Source of the DNA: Delftia acidovorans NBRC 14950
GTDB lineage: Bacteria; Pseudomonadota; Gammaproteobacteria; Burkholderiales; Burkholderiaceae_C
NCBI RefSeq assembly: GCF_001598795.1
Contig: NZ_BCZP01000011.1
Coordinates: 1 to 32,000 of the forward strand
Reading direction: 5' to 3'
DNA: 32,000 nucleotides
Part shown: positions 1 to 7,583 of the stretch, one piece after another
Layout: every line of letters begins with the position of its first letter
How positions within the stretch are numbered: position 1 is the first letter of the stretch
The notes under the pieces: model-generated
Told to the model about the DNA's origin: nothing
Seen by the model: the letters and a program-made list of their open reading frames with translations, nothing else
Database searches by the model: none
Program-made: the position numbers and the translations under genes

Positions 1-27
1 AACCCCGCCACACCACAGGAGACCACC

Positions 28-357
28 ATGGCCCGCCAGATCATCATTGCCATTTCCGCCGACGACGAGGGCCGCGTTGCCCTGACCACCAACCTGCCCC
101 GCCCGGTGCCTGGGCGCGGCCTGAACACTGAGGACGCGGCCGCCCTGGAGCTGCTTCGCATGGCCCAGCACCTGCCCAACCTCGAAACCACCACCTACGA
201 CGCCAACCACCTGGCGCCGGATGCGGCCGAGGCCTTCGACCTGATCCGCGAGCTGATCAACCCTGATGGCTACGGCTACTCGGTCACCGCCGAAGTCGGC
301 AACCACGCACGCCGCGTGCTGCAGATCAAGGGGCAGCAGGTCGGTCTCCCGCTATGA
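28..357 (+). CDS. hypothetical phage protein (109 aa)
   Basis: The ORF is preceded by AGGAG (16-20). Its stop overlaps the next start (ATGA at 354-357). No recognisable motif. Confidence 0.5.
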   Translation: MARQIIIAISADDEGRVALTTNLPRPVPGRGLNTEDAAALELLRMAQHLPNLETTTYDANHLAPDAAEAFDLIRELINPDGYGYSVTAEVGNHARRVLQIKGQQVGLPL

Positions 358-1193
358 GCAAGAACACACCATGGCGGGCCGAGGATGACGCCTACCTGCG
401 GGCGCACTACCCCACCCAGCCCACGGCTGCCGTCGCTGCGCACCTGCAGCGCTCGGCCAGGCATGTGCAGCAGCGCGCCTATGACCTGGGTGTGAAAAAG
501 GCACCCGGCGCCAAGACCGCGCGCACCGGCCGCTGGACGGACCTCGATGACCTGCTGCAGCTGCTGTATGCCGACATGCTCAACGAGGACCTGCGGGAGC
601 TGCTGGGCATGCCCATGCGAGACATCGCCACAAGGGCCAGCCGCCTGGGCCTGCACAAGTCCCCTGCGGTGCTGACCCAGACCTACCGCGCTTCCATGCT
701 GCGCCAGGGCCAGAGGCTGGGGCAGTTCACCGCAGGGTTCAAGCCGTGGAACAAGGGGAAGCACGGATACAGCGTGGAGCAGCGAAAAAGCCATTTCAAG
801 GCCGGAAACAGGCCTCCGACCTGGGTGCCCGTGGGCACCGAGCGCTGGACCACGCCGCCACGCGCGCTGCCACATGCAGCCCGCTACCTCAAGCGCAAGG
901 TGGCCGAGCCAAACCGATGGGCGCTGGTACACCGCATCGTCTGGGAGCAGCACCACGGCCCTATTCCGGAGGGACATGCCGTCATCTTCCATGACGGCGA
1001 CACCTCAAATTTCGACATCAACAACCTCCGCTGCATCCCTCGCGCAGAGCTGTCCCGCAGCAACGGGGCCGCCGTCCCCATCGACCTTCTGCCCGTGTGG
1101 CAACTCACACGCCAGCTGGACCGCGAGATCAAGGAAATCGAGAAAACCGAGCATGACCACCACCACAACCGACACCCAGCCCACGCCGCCTGA
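354..1193 (+). CDS. HNH endonuclease (HNH_3/homing-type) with two N-terminal SANT/Myb-like HTH repeats
   Basis: C-terminal VHRIVWEQHHGPIPEGHAVIFHDGDTSNFDINNLRCIPRAE matches the phage HNH_3 pattern (H..vw...G.ip.g..v.H.dgd..nN...NL). The N-terminus has two similar W/RW-x-DD..L....Y...-...A..L.R....V..RA..LG..K units. The tail is His-rich. Confidence 0.7.
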   Translation: MSKNTPWRAEDDAYLRAHYPTQPTAAVAAHLQRSARHVQQRAYDLGVKKAPGAKTARTGRWTDLDDLLQLLYADMLNEDLRELLGMPMRDIATRASRLGLHKSPAVLTQTYRASMLRQGQRLGQFTAGFKPWNKGKHGYSVEQRKSHFKAGNRPPTWVPVGTERWTTPPRALPHAARYLKRKVAEPNRWALVHRIVWEQHHGPIPEGHAVIFHDGDTSNFDINNLRCIPRAELSRSNGAAVPIDLLPVWQLTRQLDREIKEIEKTEHDHHHNRHPAHAA

Positions 1194-1203
1194 AATCAGC
1201 GGC

Positions 1204-1506
1204 ATGGGCCAGCTGCAATCGCTGCTGCTCCAGACCATCAAGGATCTGCGCAGCGGTGCCACCACGCCGCAGATCGCCCGCGCCATCACCGACATCGGCC
1301 AGACCCTGGTGGCCAGCTCCCGCGCAGAAATCGAATTTGCGCGGATCACCAAGGCCTCGCGCGTGGGATTTCTTGACTCTCCAGCGACGCAAGCTGCATT
1401 GCCCAGACCCACGGCAGACGGGTCCGGCCACACCACACCACTGCCGCCGGGCCAGCACTGGCAGGGCCTGGTCCACCGCACCAGCGATGAGGAGCCCAAC
1501 CGATGA
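1204..1506 (+). CDS. hypothetical phage protein (alternative start ATG 1153)
   Basis: In-frame ATGs at 1153 and 1204 lie within the 874..1506 ORF. The stop overlaps the next start (ATGA at 1503-1506). The start is uncertain. Confidence 0.4.
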   Translation: MGQLQSLLLQTIKDLRSGATTPQIARAITDIGQTLVASSRAEIEFARITKASRVGFLDSPATQAALPRPTADGSGHTTPLPPGQHWQGLVHRTSDEEPNR

Positions 1507-1742
1507 ATCAGCATCAGCCCAAAGGCTCAATGTGTCAGACCTGCTGCAGCGGCAGCCGCGCCTGCGCCGCGCTGCCCTTCGCATCCATGCCCGTCATCAA
1601 GACCTATCCGGACGGCGTGAAAGCCGTGAAATGCAGCGCATATCAGGCAACCACCAGCGCACAGGCCCGCCGCTGCCTCAGCTGCGGAGCACCTGCACCC
1701 ACCCATCTCGCCGAAGGCGAGGGACTGCCCTGCGGCCACTAA
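1503..1742 (+). CDS. small Cys-rich protein (79 aa), possible zinc ribbon
   Basis: CQTCC near the N-terminus and CLSC near the C-terminus, plus further Cys residues. Translationally coupled to the upstream gene. Confidence 0.45.
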   Translation: MNQHQPKGSMCQTCCSGSRACAALPFASMPVIKTYPDGVKAVKCSAYQATTSAQARRCLSCGAPAPTHLAEGEGLPCGH

Positions 1743-1766
1743 CCGCAATCACTCAAGAGGATTTTC

Positions 1767-2051
1767 ATGAACACATACCAACTCCTGCTCGCTCAGCGAG
1801 ATGCGCTCGACGCGCGCATCGCTACCGAATTCAACCGACTGCGCCAGGACTCCATCGACACGGTCAAGCAGCTGTGCACCATGTACAGCATCAGCGCTGC
1901 CGATGTGTTCTCCGCAGCGAAGCCCAAGGCCAACGTGGGCCAGCCGAAGTACCGGGACCCCGCCACCGGCGCGACCTGGACCGGCCGGGGCAAGCCGCCG
2001 AACTGGATCAACGGCAAGGACCGCGCGCCCTTCCTGATCGCCACCCAGTAG
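1767..2051 (+). CDS. H-NS family nucleoid-associated DNA-binding protein (phage-borne paralogue)
   Basis: N-terminal coiled-coil-like segment. The C-terminal YRDPATGATWTGRGKPPNWI matches the H-NS DNA-binding motif (TWxGRGxxPxW). Confidence 0.8.
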   Translation: MNTYQLLLAQRDALDARIATEFNRLRQDSIDTVKQLCTMYSISAADVFSAAKPKANVGQPKYRDPATGATWTGRGKPPNWINGKDRAPFLIATQ

Positions 2052-2101
2052 AGGCATGAGCACAGCGCATGGGCGCTGTCCTGATACCTCCCCCTCCCCT
2101 G

Positions 2102-2138
2102 AAGCCACCCGGCCCCGTGCCGCGAGTGGCTTTTTTTT
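2102..2138 (+). terminator. Rho-independent terminator candidate after the H-NS-like gene
   Basis: A GC stem (AAGCCAC...GTGGCTT) is followed by a T8 run (2131-2138). A second hairpin, ACAGCGC-atgg-GCGCTGT, lies at 2062-2079. Confidence 0.55.
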
Positions 2139-2159
2139 GGCCCAAAGGAACCCCACCCG

Positions 2160-4151
2160 ATGAAGCGCGACAACTTCACCATGCCGCTGGCCTTCCCCGG
2201 CGAACTCATCATCGACAACTTTGCCGGCGGCGGCGGCACGTCCACTGGGCTGGAGTCCGCATTCGGCCGGCCCGTGGACATCGCCATCAACCACGACCCC
2301 GAGGCGCTGGCCATGCACGCCGCGAACCACCCGCACACGCTGCACCTGCGCGAATCGGTCTGGGACGTGAACCCGATCCAGGTCACCGGCAATCAGCCCG
2401 TGGCGCTCGTCTGGCTGTCGCCGGACTGCAAGCACTTCAGCAAGGCCAAGGGCGGCACGCCCGTATCGAAGCACATCCGGGGCCTGGCGTGGGTGGGCAT
2501 GCGCTGGGTTGCCATGTGCAAGCCCCGCGTGCTCATGCTGGAGAACGTGGAGGAGTTCCAGACCTGGGGTCCGATCCTGGTGGGCCCCGATGGCCTGGCC
2601 CGGCCGGACCCCGCGCGCCGGGGCAAGACCTTCAAATCGTTCGTGCGCCAGCTGCGCATGCACGGCTACCAGGTGGACTGGCGCGAACTGCGCGCCAGCG
2701 ACCACGGCACGCCCACGATCCGCAAGCGCCTGTTCTTGGTGGCCCGCCGCGACGGTCTGCCCATCGTCTGGCCCGAGCAGACACATGCCGAGCCCACGGA
2801 TCGCCGCGTCATCGCGGGCAAGCTGGCCGCGCACCGCACGGCCGCCGAGTGCATCGACTTCGACCTGCATGCCGAGAGCGTGTTCGGCCGCAAACGCCCG
2901 CTGGTGGACAACACCATGCGCCGTGTCGCAAAGGGCCTGTGGCGCCATGTGCTGACCAGTGCCAGCCCGTTCATCGTTGGCGCTGGCGGCCCGGTCTATT
3001 CGGGCCGGCCTGCAGCGACAGACCGCCCCATCGGCACCGTGACCACGCAGAACCACCGCGCCGTGGCCCAGCCCGTGATCGCGCCCTACCTGAACGAACA
3101 CGCGAACGCCAGCAACCAGCGCACCATGCCCGCCGACGCACCGCTGCGCACGGTCTGCGCGCAGGTGAAGGGTGGCCACTTCTCAGTGGTGGCGCCCACG
3201 CTGGCCCCGCTGCGCGGCACGACTGAGCAGCACCTGCTCGGCCATGCCGTGGATGCACCGCTGTCCACGGTTGCCGCGTCCGGCACGCACCACGCGCTGG
3301 TGGGCGCCAACCTGGTCACCATCGGCTACGGCAAGCGCTGGAGCCATGGCGCGCGCAGCCTGGAAGTGCCGCTCAACACGGTCACGGCTAGCGGCGGCAC
3401 CAGCGCGCTGGCTGCCGTACACCTCACCCACCTCACCCACCACGGCGAGCGCACCGGCAACGATCCGCGCGAGCCCCTGCGCACCGTCACCGGCGCCAAC
3501 CGGGGTGAGCAGGCCATGGTGGCCGCGTGCTTGGAGCAGGCCAACGGCGGGTTCTACGACGGCGACGGCCGCAGCGCGGCGGACCCCATGTCCACGGTGA
3601 CTTCCAGCGGCACGCAGCAGCGGCTCATCACCGCCTACCTCGTGAAGTACTACAGCGAGGGCGGCCAGTACAGCGCCTGCAGCGAGCCGATGCACACCGT
3701 GCCCACGAAGGCGCGCATGGGCCTGGTGCAGACCTGCCAGGTGCCGGCCGCAACGCTGGCGCCCGAGCATGCCGAGCGGGCCCGGCTCTGCGCCGAGCTG
3801 CTTCACAAGCACCTGCCCGAGCACTTCCCAGACCCCGCCGAGCTGGTCCTGATGTGGCACGCGGGCCAGTGGTGGGTGCTCGTCGACATCACGCTGCGCA
3901 TGCTCAAGCCACGCGAGCTGTTCCGGGCCCAGGGCTTCCCGCGCGACTACCACTTCGAGCGCGTGCCCGACCCGGCCCTGCTGTTTCGAGGTGGCAAGCA
4001 AGCCGCCGACCCGCGTGATGTGCCGCTCATCGACCTGAGCACTACCGCCCAGGTCCGCATGTGCGGCAACAGCGTCTGCCCACCTCTGGCCGAGGCCCTG
4101 GCCCGCGCCAACTTCGCCCACGAGGCGCTGATTTACGGAGTCGCCGCTTGA
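2160..4151 (+). CDS. DNA (cytosine-5)-methyltransferase, orphan, with an expanded repetitive target-recognition region
   Basis: Motif I IDNFAGGGGTSTGL, motif IV SPDCKHFSKAKG (catalytic Cys), motif VI ENVEEF, motif VIII TIRKRLFLVARR, motif IX RELFRAQGFPRDY, motif X GNSVCPPLAEAL. About 385 aa lie between motifs VIII and IX. Confidence 0.9.
   Translation: MKRDNFTMPLAFPGELIIDNFAGGGGTSTGLESAFGRPVDIAINHDPEALAMHAANHPHTLHLRESVWDVNPIQVTGNQPVALVWLSPDCKHFSKAKGGTPVSKHIRGLAWVGMRWVAMCKPRVLMLENVEEFQTWGPILVGPDGLARPDPARRGKTFKSFVRQLRMHGYQVDWRELRASDHGTPTIRKRLFLVARRDGLPIVWPEQTHAEPTDRRVIAGKLAAHRTAAECIDFDLHAESVFGRKRPLVDNTMRRVAKGLWRHVLTSASPFIVGAGGPVYSGRPAATDRPIGTVTTQNHRAVAQPVIAPYLNEHANASNQRTMPADAPLRTVCAQVKGGHFSVVAPTLAPLRGTTEQHLLGHAVDAPLSTVAASGTHHALVGANLVTIGYGKRWSHGARSLEVPLNTVTASGGTSALAAVHLTHLTHHGERTGNDPREPLRTVTGANRGEQAMVAACLEQANGGFYDGDGRSAADPMSTVTSSGTQQRLITAYLVKYYSEGGQYSACSEPMHTVPTKARMGLVQTCQVPAATLAPEHAERARLCAELLHKHLPEHFPDPAELVLMWHAGQWWVLVDITLRMLKPRELFRAQGFPRDYHFERVPDPALLFRGGKQAADPRDVPLIDLSTTAQVRMCGNSVCPPLAEALARANFAHEALIYGVAA
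3021..3794 (+). repeat. Seven tandem ~34-39-codon modules inside the methyltransferase variable region
   Basis: The P-x-x-T-V core recurs at aa 290, 328, 367, 404, 439, 476 and 510 (PIGTV, PLRTV, PLSTV, PLNTV, PLRTV, PMSTV, PMHTV). Each is followed by a small-residue turn and a hydrophobic strand. Confidence 0.8.
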
Positions 4152-4245
4152 CCCCGACCCCACCCCAGACCTGCGAGCTGCTGCAGCGCGCAGGCCACGT
4201 CATCAACACCACTGCCACCTGGTGGCGCATCCCCAAGGAAGCCTC

Positions 4246-4821
4246 ATGACAGCAACGAAGCAAACGCCCGAAATGATCCTGGCCAGCTCCCCCGAGGCCG
4301 CAAGCATTCAGACCGTCACCGGCTGGGTCGCGCGCGACGGCCGCTTCTGGGGTGACGACGAGCGCATGGCGCGCTACTGCGGATCGACGCACAGCATTTG
4401 CGAAAAGAACCCTGCACACGGCCCTGTCGAGAACCGCTCCTACTGCGAGGCCTGCTACGCCGAAAGGAAGGATGCCCAGTGGCAGGCCCTGCCGAAGGCG
4501 CCTGTTTCTGAGGAGCTGATGCCGCTGTGCGTCTTCGACAGCGATCGCTACTTCTTCGACCTCGATGACCTGCGCGACTGGCTGAAGGAGCACGAACTAA
4601 ATCCAGAAGATGTTCGCCTCGTGCAATGCGAGCCAGTGCACGCGCAGCCCATCGACCCCAATGAGCACTTCGCGGACGACTTGCCAGAAGACGGCGAGGT
4701 CCCGGATGAGCTGCGCGAGGCATTCGAGGCCTTGAACGCAGCGATTGAGAAGTGCAACCCCCTGGGCTGGCGCGCCGCAAACAAGCTGGGTGTTCTGATC
4801 CCCGCCGACTTCCTCAACTGA
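4246..4821 (+). CDS. hypothetical phage protein with Cys cluster
   Basis: ATG 4246 is preceded by AAGGAAG. Contains YCGSTHSIC...SYCEACY and an acidic C-terminal half. Confidence 0.55.
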   Translation: MTATKQTPEMILASSPEAASIQTVTGWVARDGRFWGDDERMARYCGSTHSICEKNPAHGPVENRSYCEACYAERKDAQWQALPKAPVSEELMPLCVFDSDRYFFDLDDLRDWLKEHELNPEDVRLVQCEPVHAQPIDPNEHFADDLPEDGEVPDELREAFEALNAAIEKCNPLGWRAANKLGVLIPADFLN

Positions 4822-4845
4822 TCCCCGCGAACACAGGAGCAACAC

Positions 4846-5892
4846 ATGACTCACATCCTGATCCCGCGCGAACCCAGCACTGCCCTGCTTCGCCCCTTCA
4901 TCGGCTGCAACACCCAGGAACTGCACGAGGCCTGGGCCGCAATGGTCCGCATTGCCGAGGTCCAGCATGCCCGCGCCGGCAGCCAGTGCCTGCAGCAGAT
5001 TGCGGAGCCCGCAACCCTGGCCGGCAGCACCATCGAGCAGTACGCCCGCATGTTCAACGCAGCCTGTGAGGCTCTGGGCCAAATCAGCGACTGCCTGGGC
5101 ATCAACTCGGACATCAACCCAGGCGCCGAACCCATCATCGCCGCCATTGAGCAGCTGCGCGCTGGCGGCACTCATCCTGTGCTGGATGACCGCTGGAAGG
5201 CCCGCATGCTCGACGGCCGCGCGCCAGAGCGCGACGAGATGGGCCTGGGCGATCACCCCGATCTGCCTTGGCTGGACGAAGGCATGATGCCGCGCAGCTT
5301 CTTCGCCGCGCTAGGTCTGGAGCTGGCCCACACGATGGCCGAGGACCAGCTGGACGCCGATGCTCTCGAAACCATGAGCGAGGCCGTCAACTGGACCGAC
5401 TGGCAGCCGACCTCACCCCAAGGCGTCGGCTGGAAGCTGGTTTCCATCTTCGACACCGAGGACGGGCCGGCGGCGTGGTGGCTGCGCGAGTTACCCGAAG
5501 CCGAAGACGGCACCACGACCATTAGCAAGCTGCAGGCCGAGGCCGGGCGACTGCAGAAGGCAATCAACGAGCTGGCCGGCATGTTCCATGACCAGATCGT
5601 CGCTCAGCAAGCCGCCTACATCGAATGGCAGCATGGCGCGGGCGCGGAGGCTGCGATGGGATGGATCGAGAACGGTCTCTGCGGCCCTGGCCACATTCCT
5701 GACGAGGACGCCCCCTATGGCAAGGAGGCGCAGGCTTGGTTCGACGCCAACAAGCACGAACCTTTCCCTGCATGCCCGTGCGGACGGCCCTCAAACATTC
5801 TCTGGATGGGCAAAGGCTTCTGCTGCAACGCGCACTACGACGAGGCATTCAAGGCCCACCAGACCGCCAAGGGGGAGCACGGCAATGGCTGA
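4846..5892 (+). CDS. hypothetical phage protein (348 aa) with C-terminal Cys/His cluster
   Basis: Long ORF preceded by AGGAG. The C-terminus has CPCGRPSNILWMGKGFCCNAHYDE. No family recognised. Confidence 0.6.
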   Translation: MTHILIPREPSTALLRPFIGCNTQELHEAWAAMVRIAEVQHARAGSQCLQQIAEPATLAGSTIEQYARMFNAACEALGQISDCLGINSDINPGAEPIIAAIEQLRAGGTHPVLDDRWKARMLDGRAPERDEMGLGDHPDLPWLDEGMMPRSFFAALGLELAHTMAEDQLDADALETMSEAVNWTDWQPTSPQGVGWKLVSIFDTEDGPAAWWLRELPEAEDGTTTISKLQAEAGRLQKAINELAGMFHDQIVAQQAAYIEWQHGAGAEAAMGWIENGLCGPGHIPDEDAPYGKEAQAWFDANKHEPFPACPCGRPSNILWMGKGFCCNAHYDEAFKAHQTAKGEHGNG

Positions 5893-6130
5893 CGCGCACG
5901 ACGAATTCCTCAAGGCTTTCGATCGGCTGCTGGAAGAGCACGGGATCGCCGAGGCCATGTCCATCGCAACTGGAACCTTCGTGTCGCTGGTTGTCGGCTT
6001 TGCCAAGCACAACGGCCATGCCGACAACCTGCCAATCACTATCAAGGGCACGGACCGCAACAGCGGGCACCGCCGCGACATCACGATCCACCCCGCGAAA
6101 TCGCGCCCCGCGCCGCACAAAGAGAGCTGA
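5885..6130 (+). CDS. hypothetical phage protein (81 aa)
   Basis: The internal ATG at 5885 overlaps the upstream stop by 8 nt. It lies in the 5588..6130 reading frame. Confidence 0.45.
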   Translation: MADAHDEFLKAFDRLLEEHGIAEAMSIATGTFVSLVVGFAKHNGHADNLPITIKGTDRNSGHRRDITIHPAKSRPAPHKES

Positions 6131-6131
6131 C

Positions 6132-6686
6132 ATGCAAACAGCAACACCCCAGCAGGTCCGCCTGCTGCAGCACACGCTCGGCCTGTGCGAGCACCAACGC
6201 AGCTCCTACCGCAATCACTTTGTGGCTGGGCCTGGCCACCACGACATGCCGGACCTCGAATCGTTGGAGAGCCTAGGCCTCATGGCCCGCGTGCACGCGC
6301 CGGCATTTTGCGAGGTGAGCGACATCGTGTTCGTGACCACCACGGCCGGCGCCGCCCTGGCGCTGGAGCACCTGCCCGAGCCGCCGCCACCTGCGAAGCA
6401 GACGCAGTACCGCCAATGGCTGAATGCGGACACGGGCTGCACGTTCTGCGAGTGGTTGTGCGGAAGCCGGCTACCGAAGTTCGAGACACGCGGCTACGTC
6501 CTCAACGGAACCCAGGAATACCGCATGTACCGCATGGTCTGGGACGGCGACTGGGACAGCTACCGCGACGTGCAGGGCCAGTGGGCCACCACGAAGAAGG
6601 AAGCAAAGGCCAGCTACAAGGCGGCGCTAAAGGCGCACCAGCAAGCACGGCGCACAGCAAGCAAACAGGAGAGCCACCATGCGTGA
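6132..6686 (+). CDS. hypothetical phage protein (184 aa)
   Basis: ATG 6132 starts 2 nt after the previous stop. It lies in the 5736..6686 frame. The C-terminus is basic. Confidence 0.5.
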   Translation: MQTATPQQVRLLQHTLGLCEHQRSSYRNHFVAGPGHHDMPDLESLESLGLMARVHAPAFCEVSDIVFVTTTAGAALALEHLPEPPPPAKQTQYRQWLNADTGCTFCEWLCGSRLPKFETRGYVLNGTQEYRMYRMVWDGDWDSYRDVQGQWATTKKEAKASYKAALKAHQQARRTASKQESHHA

Positions 6687-7332
6687 ACGTCCCATTCTCT
6701 TCAGCGGCCCGATGGTCCGCGCCCTGCTGGCGGGCACGAAGACGCAAACGCGCCGCGTCGTGAAGCCACAACCCGACTCCACACACAGGGGCTTCCCCTA
6801 CTGGCACGTCGGCGGCTATCGTGCATCGTGGTGCCGCAGCGCGGCGGATGGCGGTCCGCTGGAGCCCTCGAACCCGCTACTCTGCCCCTATGGCCAGCCC
6901 GGCGACCGGCTGTGGGTGCGCGAGACCTTCGGCCACTTCGAGCGCAACGAGAACTTCAAGCCCGGCTGCGATGTGTTTTACAGGGCCGATGGCGACTGCT
7001 TGGAACTGGAGCCCTGGCGCCCCAGCATTCACATTCCCCGCTGGGCCAGCCGCATCCTGCTGGAGATCACCAGTGTGCGCATCGAGCGCCTGCAGGACAT
7101 CAGCGACGAGGATGCCCGCGCCGAGGGCATGGAGTGCATGGCAGGTGACCCGGAATGCGGCTACCGCAACTACCTGGACAAGACCGACCAAGACTGGACG
7201 CTGAGCCCGCGCGAGTCGTTCCAGAGCCTCTGGGAATCGATCAACGGCCCGACCAGCTGGAGCGCTAACCCTTGGGTGTGGCCGCTGGACCTCAGGCGCA
7301 TCCTGAACCAACAGCAAGGACAACAACAATGA
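6679..7332 (+). CDS. phage protein, ASCH/PUA-like fold suspected
   Basis: The N-terminal RPILFSGPMVRALLAGTKTQTRRV resembles the ASCH N-terminal strand-turn motif common in prophages. Overlaps both neighbours (8 nt upstream, ATGA downstream). Confidence 0.55.
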   Translation: MRERPILFSGPMVRALLAGTKTQTRRVVKPQPDSTHRGFPYWHVGGYRASWCRSAADGGPLEPSNPLLCPYGQPGDRLWVRETFGHFERNENFKPGCDVFYRADGDCLELEPWRPSIHIPRWASRILLEITSVRIERLQDISDEDARAEGMECMAGDPECGYRNYLDKTDQDWTLSPRESFQSLWESINGPTSWSANPWVWPLDLRRILNQQQGQQQ

Positions 7333-7583
7333 GCAACACAGACACCCTGAACCTGCGCGAAGCTGCAGACATCCTCAAGATTCACGTCAAAACCGCAGAA
7401 GACATGGCCCGCGAGGGGAAAATACCGGCCGCAAAAATCGGCCGTGCCTATGTCTTCATGCGCCGCGACGTGGTGCGCTTCGCCGAGCAGGCAATCAACA
7501 AGCAAACCGCCGACCGCATACTGAAGCGCTCACCAAAGCGCGTTCGCAAGGTCAGTGCCCCGCAGGTTCGCGTAGCGCATTAG
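7329..7583 (+). CDS. excisionase-like / MerR-type helix-turn-helix DNA-binding protein
   Basis: LNLREAADILKIHVKTAEDMAREGKIPAAKIGRAYVFMRRDV fits the excisionase-family HTH pattern. It is positioned next to the integrase. Its 3' end overlaps the integrase 3' end by 54 nt. Confidence 0.65.
   Translation: MSNTDTLNLREAADILKIHVKTAEDMAREGKIPAAKIGRAYVFMRRDVVRFAEQAINKQTADRILKRSPKRVRKVSAPQVRVAH

Noticed and set aside
1749-3179. 476-aa minus-strand ORF
   Set aside because: It is antisense to the H-NS-like and C5-MTase genes, both motif-supported. It reads as a shadow ORF.
354-4151. HNH endonuclease plus C5-MTase as a restriction-modification pair
   Set aside because: The two genes are separated by four other genes and a terminator. 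The nuclease is of the phage HNH_3/homing type with SANT-like repeats rather than a restriction-enzyme layout. The MTase is better treated as an orphan.
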